From NCBI RefSeq assembly GCF_964355755.1, contig NC_092675.1:11837812-11901811 (forward strand): a DNA stretch of 64,000 bases, given 5' to 3'. Below, one piece after another: positions 39,101-52,414 of the stretch (its first letter is position 1; every line of letters begins with the position of its first letter). The translations under genes and the position numbers were made by a program. Below the pieces are notes generated by a model. That model did not search any database. It had not been told where the DNA came from and saw only the letters and a program-made list of their open reading frames with translations. The stretch comes from Antedon mediterranea. Lineage: Eukaryota; Animalia; Echinodermata.

Positions 39101-40185
39101 CATCACTCCAGATGTAAACCGCCAAGATCTGACCACCCTCGTGTAAAACGCCTGACGTGTATACCCTAAAAAAAACATCACTCCAGATGTAAACCGCCAA
39201 GATCTGACCACCCTCATGTGAAACGCCTGACGTGTATAACCTTAAAAAAAACATCACTCCAGATGTAAACCGGCAAGATCTGAACACCCTCATGTAAAAC
39301 GCCTGACGTGTATAACCTAAAAAAAAACATCACTCCAGATGTACAGTAATTCGCCAAGATGTAAAAAGCCTGACGTGTATACCCTAAAAAAAACATCACT
39401 CCAGATGTAAGCCGCCAAGATCTGACCACCCTCATGTGAAACGCCTGACGTGTATAACCTAAAAAAAAACATTACTCCAGATGTAAACCGCCAAGATCTG
39501 ACCACCCTCATGTAAAATGCCTGACGTGTATACTCTTAAAAAAACATCACTCCAGATGTACTTAAACTGCCAAGATCTAACCACCCTCATGTAAAACGCC
39601 TGACGTGTATACTCTTAAAAAAACATCACTCCAGATGTACTTAAACTGCCAAGATCTAACCACCCTCATGTAAAACGCCTGACGTGTATAACCTAAAAAA
39701 AAACATCACTCCAGATGTAAACCGCCAAGATCTAACCACCCTCATGTAAAACGCCTGACGTGTATAACCTAAAAAAAAAACATCACTCCAGATGTAAACC
39801 GCCAAGATCTAACCACCCTCATGTAAAACGCCTGACGTGTATAACCTAAAAAAAAACATCACTCCAGATGTAAACCGCCAAGATCTGTCCACTCTCGTGT
39901 AAAACGCCGCCAAGATCTAACCACCCTCATGTAAAACGCCCGACATGTATAACCTAAAAAAAAAACATCACTCCAGATGTAAACCGCCAAGATCTAACCA
40001 CCCTCATGTAAAACGCCTGACGTGTATACCCTTAAAAAAAAACATTACTCCTGACATAAACCTTAAAGATCTAACCAACCTCATGTGCAATGCCTGACGT
40101 GTATACCCATAAAAAAAACATCACTCCAGATGCAAACCTCCAAGATCTGACCACCGTCATGTAAAACGCCTGATGTTTACACCCT

Positions 40186-40785
40186 TAAACAAGAAATATT
40201 TCTTACAAAAAACGCTGCTCGCTTATTGAAAAATATTTTTTATTTCAAATGTTTTGAATGTGTCATTTTATTGTCACATAATAGATAGTTATTTTACCTG
40301 AAAAAATGTAATTTAAAGCAACAAATACTTAAATTGTCTGTCAGACAATGGTTTTTGGGTTTCTTTTCATTTTTTATATGTGAATAAATATTACTTTTTT
40401 GTTACAGAAGTGAATACTCAATTTCTGTCACTTTAGTTAATTTTATTGCTAAGGTCAAATCTGGGAGTCACTTCATCACCCTAGATATTTCAATTGTGAA
40501 GTATCCTATTACAAACACAAACTTTAATTGACTGTTTCGATAATAATTCAATGAATATCTGACACTGACAGTGAATATAGGGATTTGTAATTTTAGCATG
40601 ACATGTCCTAATAGACTCTTTCCCAGCCGTTTTTTGGGTCCACTGTAGCAGCTGGAATCAATAAATCATAGTGGAGTTTTCATTTTCACAAAACTGTCTG
40701 TCCTTAGAACTATAACTGCTGCTTGCTTTAGCTTCTGATTGAGTAGTCCTAATGGGACGTAGCGGGCTAGAGCAGCAGCGTGAAA
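40186..40785 (+). mobile_element. ~600-bp internal segment of Helitron-like family B inserted in the 75-bp array
   Basis: AAACAAGAAATATTTCTTACAAAAAACGCTGCTCG...GGCTAGAGCAGCAGCGTGAAAAA; homologous to 48140-48480, 56005-56270 and 56428-57610. Confidence 0.6.
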
Positions 40786-41259
40786 AAAACATCACTCCAG
40801 ATGTAAACCGCCAAGATCTAACCACCCTCATGTAAAATGCCTGACGTATATAACCTTAAAAAAACATCACTAAAATGCCTCTTTATTAAAAAAAATGTGT
40901 GTACAAAAGAATTTAGAGATTTTACTGTGTAATTTGAACTATCCCCCACTGATAAGAAAGTGGTTATTACACAATTTGTAATACACAGCTATTTGTTTGC
41001 TATTATTGCTGTATCAGGTATAGCAATTATACAGGTATTTGTTTGCTATTAGTTGCTATTTTTGCAATATACACAGCTATTTGTTTGCTATTAATTGCTA
41101 TTATTGCTGTATCAGGTATAGCAATTATACTGCTATTTGTTTGCTATTATTTGCTATTATTGCTGTATCAGGTATAGCAATTACACAGCTATTTGTTTGC
41201 TAATTATTTGCTATTATTGCTGTAAAAGGTATAGCACCCAGTCAAGACATGATATAAAC

Positions 41260-42720
41260 CACATATCACTATGATATCAGAAACATCTCACACGACTGAT
41301 ATCGTACATGTGATACAATTAAGATATCAGTCTGATATCAAAAACTTTTCACACTAATGATATCATACACATGATACAACTCAGATATCAGTCTGATATC
41401 AAAAAATTCTCACACTAATGATATCAAACAATATGATATAATTGAGATATCATTCTGATATCACAAACTTATCACACTTTGATGTCATACAATATGATAT
41501 AACTTAGATATCAGTCCGATATCCGCAACTTCTCACACAATGATATCATACAATATGATATAACTAAGATATCAGTCTGATATCGGCAACTTCTTACACA
41601 ATGATATCATACAATATGATATAACTCAGATATCAGTCTGATATCGGCAACTTCTCACACAATTATATCATACAATATGATATAACTAAGATATCAGTCT
41701 GATACCGGCAACTTCTTAGACAAATGATATCATGCAATATGATATAACTCAGATATCAGTCTGATATCGGCAACTTCTTAGACAAATGATATCATACAAT
41801 ATGATATAACTCAGATATCAGTCTGATATCGGCAACTTCTTACACAAATGATATCATACTTATGATATAACTTAGATATCAGTCTGATATCGGCAACTTC
41901 TTACACAAATGATATCATACAATATGATATAACTAAGATATCAGTCTGATATCGGCAACTTCTTACACAATGATATCATACAATATGATATAACTAAAAT
42001 ATCAGTCCGATATCGGCAACTTCTCACACTAATGATATCATACACTATGATATAACTTAGATATCTGTCTGATATCGGCAACCTCTCACACAATGATATC
42101 ATACAATATGATATAACTAAGATATCAGTCTGATATCGGCAACTTCTTACACAATGATATCATACAATATGATATAACTAAGATATCAGTCTGATATCGG
42201 CAACTTCTTAGACAAATGATATCATACAATATGATATAACTAAGATATCAGTCTGATATCGGCAACTTCTCACAAAAATGATATCATACATTATGATATA
42301 ACTCAGATATCAGTCTGATATCGGCAACTTCTCACACAATTATATCATACAATATGATATAACTAAGATATCAGTCTGATACCGGCAACTTCTCACAAAA
42401 ATGATATCATACATTATGATATAACTCAGATATCAGTCTGATATCGGCAACTTCTCACACAATTATATCATACAATATGATATAACTAAGATATCAGTCT
42501 GATATCGGCAACTTCTTAGACAAATGATATCATACAATATGATATAACTCAGATATCAGTCTGATATCGGCAACTTCTTACACAAATGATATCATACAAT
42601 ATGATAAAACTCAGATATCAGTTTGATATCGGCAACCTCTCACATAATGATAAGCTATCATATACATAATATAATTTAGATATCAGTCTATCAGAAACTT
42701 CTCATACTAATGATATAATA
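41260..42720. repeat. ~61-bp GATATC-rich subterminal array
   Basis: Unit GATATCAGTCTGATATCGGCAACTTCTTACACAATGATATCATACAATATGATATAACTAA. Confidence 0.95.
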
Positions 42721-42856
42721 CAATGATGTAATTCTGATATGAAACTTTTAATTGTATGATATCATTCGATAATCTCAGACTTACATCAGTCTCATACCTT
42801 GGGATAACATTTTATTTCATACCTCGCCATGCTCATTAAACTCTAACAAAATATAT

Positions 42857-43150
42857 CCCAGTGGGCACAGAACATAATTTCAACGTTTGAATCAACGTTA
42901 AAATTTTGTTGATGTGTTGAAATGATGTTAACAGCGTATTATAAACGTTGATTCAACGTTGAAATAACATTGTCTTTCTAACTAACCTTTTACGTTTATT
43001 TATCAATGTTAATTTAACGTTGAAAAAATGTTCAAATTTAGTTGACATTTTTGTCAAAAAAGGTTGAAGTTATGTAGTGTTTTTAACCAACTATTATGTT
43101 TGTTTGTTTATCAGTGTTATTTTAACGTTAATTTAACGTTGAAATTCATT
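42857..43150. mobile_element. Left end of another CCCAG-type element with CAACGTT subterminal repeats
   Basis: CCCAGTGGGCACAG followed by many (C/T)AACGTT motifs. No partner end found. Confidence 0.5.
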
Positions 43151-45607
43151 TGACAATTTTGGTTAAAATGACAACATTGTTTTATATATTATACAGTATT
43201 TGTTTTAATACAAATGTTCTACATATAGTAATGTATAAAAACTATAGCCTATACCAGTTGTATTGAATAAAAATGACCTTTCACGCAAGATCAAATTTCA
43301 TAAGATACAAGCTTGTCATTGGTTGGTTTCATTTCGATACACTTTTTAAACTGTTGTCAGTTGCTTGGTGTTGATGGTGGTGGTGTTGAGACAAAGACTC
43401 ATCTTTTTGATAATTGTAAATACAGGTAGGAAAATAATTTGTTTTTATTTAGTAATCTACTAATTTATAAGCTTAGTCCTTACAGTTTAACTAGTTTACA
43501 ATAATAACTATAGCCTTAGTCCACTTGGCTTGTGTTGTGATAAATAATAAGAAACTAACTAGAGCCTGGCAGGGTGCTGAACTCAACTGTATTATAATTA
43601 CTGGATACTATGCCAAGGATAACTCCAGTACTTTTTATGAAGGTTATAAAATGGTATGTTGTAGGCCTGGCTAGGCTGTCTGCAGCTCCTATAAACACAT
43701 GCTAGGTATCACAGCTATACAATACACTCACTCACTTTCTTTTTTTCAGATGTAGGCCTATAGCCTAGTAAGTAGCTAAGTAGGCCATAACAAGCCATTA
43801 CTTAGCTAGAAAAGACAGCAATGGAATAATAACTGTTTTAATACAGTTAACTGTAATATCTTCTGATATACGTTGACGGTTGACTTTCATTAAAAGAAGT
43901 AATACACTGATACTGTTGAATGTATATGAGCTTTATTGAATTGAACTAATTTTGCTTGTCCGAAGACTGGAGAGAATATGATAATCTATTAACTGTTCAC
44001 TGAGTTGGTATATTGTGGAATTTATAATTGTTCTAATGGGATTTCTAACGGGAGTTACACCTCCATGCTAACAGTATAAACAAGTGTTGCTGTCCAGTGG
44101 TCCGATTTGCCCTAGCTTTCACTGAGGTGAAGGTGATGTGCATCTAAATATACAGATGACCATTGAGATAATATCTAATATGGGATGATCAATGATTTCA
44201 GAAATAAAAGGTTGGTATTTAGTGCTTAACTCATTGACTTGATAATATGTTGTGCAATAATTATTACACTGTTAATATTATTTATATTCATTTATAATTT
44301 GAGACTTTATATAGTGAGTGATTGTGAATGCATTATTTATCTAAGTACAGTACTACATATTGAACTATTTGTAGGCCATACATAACCTTTAAAAAAAAAA
44401 GTACTGTAGCCCAATGCTTATTATAAATACGAGATTAAATTATCTATTTTCAACATATAATGTGGTTGGAATCTATAACTATTAACTTTAAATCTGTTAA
44501 AAAATGTTTAAATTTTAAACATATTACTGACCAAACTCTGTAGTTTTTCATAAAATAATTTTTAAAAATAGTTTTAAGTCCTTTTTCTAGGTACCGGTAC
44601 TACATATTGAACTATGTATAGGCCTATGTAGATGTTTAGTAAAATCTGTAGCCCAATTCTTATGATGCTGTGCTGCATCCTGATCTCACTCAAGATATAA
44701 GTGTACAGTCAAGATATAAGTGTACAGTACTGTACACAATTAAAGCTAGAAATGCATTAGTCCTGTGAGTGGCCCGGATCTCGGCGAATTAGATTTGCTT
44801 TTGAAAGGGGAGTGGCACATATTTCTCAAATTGGGTAGTGCAATAACTGATTTTTTAATAAAATGAAATATAATATTATTTATTTTGCTGTTGCATCTAC
44901 AGTGAAACACTTTCACAAGGATGACAACATAAAAGTGAAGAGGAGAAAGGAGTACATCAATACAACAGGGCAGTAAAAATGGAAGCCGGAAAACAGATGG
45001 AGGTTTTTCTTTCAAATGCTGCGAGCAGAATTAAAAGAAAAGCAGCCCTACCAACTCCAAGACACACATGGAAATACTATTTTTTGTAATAACATCATTA
45101 TAACTCCGCTTTAACCACGTGCCGTAGATCCGATAAAATATACCAACAAACCAACATAGAATAACAACTTTTTTCAGCCTCCTTTTTAATTTTAATAGAC
45201 ACTTTGCTTACTATTTTTTGTTTTAATCAAGATTTTAAAATAGCTTGTAATAATAAAATGTTACTTGCCTATTATTACATTACTTGTATTTGTTGTATTT
45301 ATGACTCTCGCGGTATGGGGAGGATCATGTTATTGAAAGTGTAACATCTAGTCCGCAAGAATACGCACTAAATCAAGGATATTTCTATGGTATATTTATT
45401 AATGTTAAGCTAACAGCGATCTCACCATGATCTCCTATGATTATTTATTATAATTATCTCATGGCGACCTCATCAGGATCTCATTGTGATCTTACCATGA
45501 TCTCATAAGTATCTCATAGCGATCTCACTATGATCTCATTATTATCTCATGGCGATCTCACCATGATCTCCTTATTATCTTCATGGCAATCTCACCATGA
45601 TCTCATT

Positions 45608-46200
45608 TTATGATATCAATTGCTGATATCACTTTGGTATCTATTTGTGATTTCAATATGATATCATAATTGATCTCTTGAATATCTCAGAGGCCGACAT
45701 CAATGTTGAGATCGCCATGAGATCATTCTATGATATCAATTGCTGATACCACTCTGGTATCTATTTGTGATTTCAATATGATATCATAAGTGATCTCTCA
45801 AATATCTCAGAGGCTGACATCAATGTTGAGATCAACATGAGATCATTCTATGATATCAATTGCTGATATCACTCTGGTATCTATTTGTGACTTCAATATG
45901 ATATCATAAGTGATCTCTCAAATATCTCAGAGGCTGACATCAATGTTGAGATCGCCATGAGATCATTCTATGATATCAATTGCTGATATCACTCTGGTAT
46001 CTATTTGTGATTTCAATATGATATCATAAGTGATCTCTCAAATATCTCAGAGGCTGACATCAATGTTGAGATCGCCATGAGATCATTCTATGATATCAAT
46101 TGCTGATATCACTCTGGTATCTATTTGTGATTTCAATATGATATCATAAATGATCTCTCAAATATCTCAGAGGCTGACATCAATGTTGAGATCAACATGA
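45608..46200. repeat. 120-bp subterminal array (~5 copies)
   Basis: GATCATTCTATGATATCAAT recurs at 45721, 45841, 45961 and 46081. Confidence 0.95.
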
Positions 46201-48487
46201 TATCACTATGAGATCAAATTCTTACCTGGGCAATTACACAGCTATTTGTTTGCTATTATTTCCTATTATTGCTGTATCAGGTATAGCAATTACACAGCTA
46301 TTTGTTTGCTATTATTTGCTATTATTGCTGTATCAGGTATAGCAATTACACAGCTATTTGGTTGCTATTATTTGCTATTATTGCTGTATCAGGTATAGCA
46401 ATTACACAGCTATTTCTTTGCTATTATTGCTGTAAAAGGTATAGCAATTACACAGCTATTTGTTTGCTATTAATTGCTATTATTGCTGTATCATGTATAG
46501 CAATTACACAGCTATTTGTTTGCTATTAATTGCTATTATTGCTGTATCAGGTATAGCATTTACACAGCTATTTGTTTGCTATTTATTGCTATGACCAATC
46601 CTGCGCCTTAGTAGAGTGATTCTGTGGCTGTTAGTACACTCAGTGTGGAAGACTGTCGACAGTTTACCAGAGACCTATCTGACTGTATTAAGTAATTTTA
46701 ATACACGATCGTATGTGAAGACATGGCATAATGTATCGGGTGCAGGTTTATCGTACTGCCATGGAGCAACCTATATTGAACATTTATACCAAGTATCAAA
46801 TGTTTTTGAATACGAGAAGTATTTTTTATCGATGTTTTTTTATATGTTTTTAAGCAAAATGTTACTGTACGCGGTCTTAGCTAAGACTGTTTTATAGCAA
46901 TGGTCTAACAAGGGTGGCTTTGGTAAGACCGTCTATCTGATAAATCGGGGAGTTATGGTATCATGGTTACATGTACTTTACTATTTCAATCGACTATATG
47001 ACAGTGACATTTTTAACACAAAGTATTAAATCGCAAATGTTCTAGCATAGCCACGTGGAGCGTCGTGAAAACGAAACATTGATGTTCGATTCGCCGGACC
47101 GGAACCGTGCCGGAACAGGTGTGAAAAACCATTTAGTGGTATATTATTTAGATACATCGCCTCCTACGATAATTGTTTTTAATAGCTGAAAAACGATAGA
47201 ACAGCTTGAGTAGGCTACAGCATCATAATGACAGGCCGATTTTTATTTTGATAGATTTAATATACGTTTATACAAATGTATTGATTTGTGATGAATGGAA
47301 CATTCCAATCTTTGGTTTAACACAAGTAGGTAAATTTATGGGTCCTTGGGGATAAACTTAAAACCTACATGTAGCATACCTTACATTTTACCATTTACTT
47401 TTAATTTGATTATTTATACATCCTCTATATATCTTTGTCACCCTGACAGGTTACCTTCACTTTTCTAGCTAATGGATTTTAAGAATGTTAATGAATATAA
47501 CAGCAATCCACATTAATTCTCTTAAGATAAAATGGGCCTGTCCAATATTACCATTCACTGACCACATTAGAAACACTCCTTTCTCAACTAGCATCTTAGC
47601 TACACCTTTCATCGCACTATCTTTCACTTGATTCTCTTGGAATAAATTACATATTTCACTTTATACATTTAGTAGTTGTTTTATTTTACCGTTGCCCTAA
47701 TAATTACTAAAGTGGTGACCCTCGACTTTACTGAATATATAGTATTGCAATACTTTGACAATACTGTAAATACGCATTTTTTGTCGCCATATCAATCGCA
47801 AATTTCTGTTAGATATATAAACACATATACAAATAAACTTTATTACTGTGAGTGTGGGTAGGCCCTACTGTTAGATATATAAACACATAATATACAAATA
47901 AACTTTAATACTGACAGTTGCTTCTCAACGTTTGTATTAATTGATAATTACAAAAACTATAAACGTCGTAGTGGTGTATCGTTACATATGTTTTACTGTA
48001 GTTAGTGGTATATTATTTATAGGCTTATAAAACATGTAAACATATTAATTTCGTTACTGAGTGGATAAAGAATATTATTTAAAAATTGTTCTTCTTTGTA
48101 CCCATCCTCTTCCCCATCCCTCAACCTTAATGCTATATACAACAAGAAATATTTCTTACAAAAAACGCTGCTCGCTTATTAACGTAACAGTTTTAAAGAT
48201 ATATTGTCCCTCTGAAAAATATTTTTATTTCAAATTTGTTTTTGAATGTGTCATTTTATTGTCACATAATAGTTATTTTGCCTGAAAAAAATGTAATTAA
48301 AAGCAAAAAATATTCAATTGTCTGTCAGACAATGTGGTTTTTGAGTTATAATTAAACGTTTCTTTTCTCTTTTTATAATGTGAATTTTGTTACAGAAGTG
48401 AATAACTTTGATATGAAACAGACTCAATTTAGTTTATTTTATTTTATTGCTAAGGTCAAGTCTGGGGGTCACTTCATCACGCCTTAA

Positions 48488-48558
48488 GGCTATGTTCAGA
48501 CCCATGGCGTTAGACCGTTTTAGCGTACAACGTTACTAGCAAGGTCACATTACAAATA
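48488..48558. mobile_element. Duplicated left TIR fragment of Harbinger copy 2
   Basis: Same flank and TIR as 52544-52616, then an abrupt end. Confidence 0.8.
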
Positions 48559-49541
48559 GTGGATGGAATATAATGTAAAAAAAGGGCCTAACCTAGAAAT
48601 AATTGCGTACAAAGGTTTTTAAGTGGATTTCACGTCTTCATCATGTACTGGATCTGAGAAAAAAAGTCCCGAAAACTCTGAGACCGCGAAAGGTCATTTT
48701 GGGTCATTTTAAAGTCATTTGAGGTCAAAAAGTTACAATATCACGTTTTTGGACATTAAATATTTTTCCAACATCATTTTTACCTTGATATTGGTGTCAA
48801 AATAAAGCTTATTAAATGTGGAATTCAGTGACATAAACTTTATTGATTACTAGTACATTTTAATATTGAATTAAAGCTAATTAACTATTTTTTTATGCAC
48901 TTCTTTTTTAAATATTCAATGACATTTTATAGCTCACTAGGAAGCTTAAAATGTTTCAATGTTTTCCTAAAAATATCTTTAGGACTCCAAGACACTAGAG
49001 TGAAATTTTCAAAATCATAGCCTCAATAATGAGGAGTTGAGCACTTTTTAAAACTTTGTGATTTGAAAAAGATGTATTTTAACCAATTTGACAAAAAAAA
49101 CCTACGCAGGCCCCTTTGGGCTTCCATACCTAATGTTTCTTGAAATATAGCTTTCTGATTGGCTGAAAGTTTTATGCAGCCTGGAACCAGCATCACTACA
49201 CCGCCAGGAAAAGTTTTTGTCAAGAGTTTTATTATTTATATCATTTTTTATACACAGGTTTGTTTTTATGTTCATTATGTTTAGATAAGACAGATAATTA
49301 ATTGAATAATGTAATTATTACCATATATATATGATTAGACCTATTACTAGGCTCTGATGGGTACTAGGCCTAGCTGAGCTAAGCCAGGTAGGAAGGGGAG
49401 GCCTCCTAACCTAGGTAGGCCTAGCCTAGGCTGGGTAAGGGGTTCTATTATTAGTTTATTGTCACATAATAGTTATTTTACCTGAAAAAATGTAATTAAA
49501 AGCAAAAAATGTGGTTTTTGAGTTATAATTAAACATTTCTT

Positions 49542-51014
49542 GGACATCCACACCAATTCGGATATTAGGTATCTATGTTGGACATGATAAGGAATATTGT
49601 TATCAAAAGAACTGGAAAGAAAAAATAGACGCATTAGAAAATACCCTAAAAACATGGGAGAAAAGACACCTCACTTTTTTTGGAAGAATTACTATTGTAA
49701 AAACATTAGCGCTCTCAAAAATTATATACAATTCCTGCATTTTGCTAGTACCAGAAAAAGTAATAAAAGAGGTGGATAAATTAATTTTTAAATTCATTTG
49801 GGAAACTAAGAAAGAGAAAATAAAAGGAAAAACCATGTGTGCCAATTACAGTCAAGGTGGTCTAAAAATGGTAGAATTCAGATCTCAGGTAATATCTTTC
49901 CAAGTTAAATGGTACAGGAGACTGTATGAAAACGATGATGCCAAATGGAAATATTTACCTACATTTTATATAGAAAAGATAGGCCCAAAATCATTAACCT
50001 CAAATTTATCAAAAGTTCCGTGTAATATATCCGTACCACCATTTTACCTCTCAGTTATTAAGTCTATAGCAGTAGCTAATGCTTGTAATAATAGATTAAA
50101 TAAGGAACCAATAAGCTATGATGACATTATTAATCAATCATTATGGGGTAATGAGTTTATATGTATTAAAAAGAAGCCGTTATATAACTGTAACTGGATT
50201 AGTTCAGGGTTTTTAAAAATATATGATGTAATAAATAATAATGTGTTTAAGCCTGCGATAGAGATAAAAAGAAGGTTAAGATGTACACAAAATTGGATCA
50301 GTGAATATTCATGTATATTGAAAGCCATTCCAAAAGAATGGAAATGTATTTTAAAATCAACACATGACATTAATGTAAATGATATACCTATTACAAACAA
50401 TAAGGTCTTAAATATGACGTCTAGACAATTATATAGATTCATAATAGATGCTCAATATATTACACCTACGGCACAGGTTAAGTGGGAATCCATATTTGGT
50501 AATATGCCATGGACAAAAATATGGGTTAAGAAAGTTTCTGGTCTTAAAGAAAAAAAACTGGCACATTTTAATTTTAAATTGTTGCACAGAATATTGCCAA
50601 CAAATGAAAGATTACATAGGTGGAGACTTGTAAATTCCCCATGTTGTGACACATGCAATGTTATTGAGAATGATAAACATATGTTAGTAGAGTGCATAAC
50701 AGTAAAATCTTTATGGAGAGAGATAAACGAAATAATTAGAGCAGTAAGCATACATATTCCTGTTTTTTCTTTCAAAAGACTTTTATTTGAAACTGACAAT
50801 AATTACGTAAATAAATTATACACTTTAGGAGCATTTTGTATTTATAAAGTAAAGATATTAAGTTTATTGGAAAAAGAAAAAAAAATCAATCTCCTACAAA
50901 TGTTTAAATCTGAAAAAAAGATAAGAAATATGTAAATCTGCAGGTATACTGTATATGCTCAACCAGATTAAGGAAGAAAATATGTAATTGAGATACCATG
51001 AATGATGAATCTAT

Positions 51015-51047
<33 letters not shown>

Positions 51048-51872
51048 CTTGCTACTATACTGTATGTTTTGTAAATATGTATACCTTGATGATTTGAAAA
51101 CAAAAAGACAAAATGTGAAAAGCTTTTTATAGATTGATGATAAAAAAAAAATGATGAAGGATAAGAAGGTTTAGGTTTAAGTGGGGAAGTGTTTTCATCA
51201 AAGCTTTCATATTATAGGTATATACCGTATATATGTAATTTGCACATTCTTACTGCATGTGGAATTTTGAAATGATAAAATGGTTAAAAAGAAAAAAAAA
51301 AAAAAAAATGTCTAATTTTTTTAATGGATCATTAAACACAAATGTTGTTAAATGATAATGTATGTATAAAAAAAAATAATAGAATAAATAATAAGTAAAA
51401 AAAAATTAATTGAATGAACCCACATAGGAAAAAAAAAGTTAAATGAAACTTTGATGGGTTATACTGTAGATGCAAAAAAGGATAATCTGTTGGAAATAAA
51501 TTTTGTAAACATTTAAAGATAAAAAAAATCAATGTTAAAGGATGAGGAAAATATAATGTTAACAGTAAAAAGTTAGTAATTAGTATAACAGAGAATATGC
51601 ATTGTTTAAATGAAAATATGTTTGCATAGATAAATCCAAAGAAAAATAAAATGGGACAAACCCATGGGATGGATTTATTAAACATAAACGTATTATAATT
51701 GTATGAAATAAATATGCATGTAGATGAAAAAAAAACAAAAACAACTATGTAAGAAAAAATAAGCTTTGTTAATGAAAATGTGTTATAGATAATATGTATA
51801 AAAAGAGGAAACTATGTAATCAATGTGGTTAAATGATAATGTATGTATAAACAAAATAATATATGGAAATAG

Positions 51873-51903
<31 letters not shown>

Positions 51904-52414
51904 AAATAAGTAAAAAAAAAAAAAAAAGTGGAAGGAATCCACATAAGAGAAGAAAGTAAAAAAGTTAAATGAAAATTTAAGAAGTTATAGATGCAAAAAA
52001 GGATCTGCTGGTTTTGTAAACATTAAAGAACAAAAATATTAATATTAATGTTAAAGGATGAGAACAATATTATGTTAACAGTAAACATGTAGTAAGTAAT
52101 GAGTATAACAGAGAATATGCATTGTTAAATGAAAATGTGGTAGATGAAAAAATCAAAAACAACTATGTAAGAAAAAAAATAAGCTTGTTAATGAAAATGT
52201 GTTACAGATAATATGTTTAAAAAGAGGAAGCTATGTAATCAATGTGATAATATGTAAACAAATGAATAAAACTCTTTAAATAAGTATATGAATACAGATG
52301 ATTAAACAAACATTGTAAATATAATGATATGTATAGTGTATAGTGAAAAATATATGTAAAGAGAACAGTGGTATGGAAATAAAAGTGGGATGAACCCACA
52401 TAAGATAAAAAAAA
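49542..52414 (+). mobile_element. 5'-truncated L1/Tx1-clade LINE with a long A/T-rich 3' UTR
   Basis: ORF2 C-terminus, poly(A) at ~52407-52417, and TSD-like AAAC(A/G)TTTCTT (49531-49541 / 52415-52425). Confidence 0.8.
49742..50935 (+). pseudogene. L1/Tx1 ORF2 C-terminal region (post-RT, zf-RVT CCHC knuckle)
   Basis: IFKFIW...GGL...FNFKLLHRILPTN..L.RW...CDTC..E...H...EC...W; frameshifted upstream. Confidence 0.85.

Larger units (their letters stand above)
35756..40870. repeat. 75-bp minisatellite (inverted, longer than in copy 1), with interruptions
   Basis: Unit CATCACTCCAGATGTAAACCGCCAAGATCT.ACCACCCTCATGT.AAACGCCTGACGTGTATA.CCT(A)n. Confidence 0.95.
41237..46230. mobile_element. 5-kb CMC/EnSpm-type non-autonomous DNA transposon
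   Basis: CCCAG...CTGGG termini, 2-bp TSD CA (41235-41236 / 46231-46232) inside one 56-bp array unit, and GATATC-rich subterminal arrays at both ends. Confidence 0.8.
32969..46613. mobile_element. Inverted second copy of the KDZ/satellite TIR element, lacking the 94-bp arm
   Basis: Reverse complement of 12281-19024 with the same module order. TIR ATGACCAATCCTGCGCCTTA at 46591-46610. The 72-aa track ORFs at 17364 and 34554 are identical. Confidence 0.9.

Noticed and set aside
12278-46613. One giant 34-kb transposon with multi-kb TIRs
   Set aside because: 12278 pairs with 23263 by a perfect 8-bp TSD and the enclosing Harbinger and Gypsy close at 23547 and 24238. The flank after 46613 (GAGTGATT) does not match ATTTATTC.
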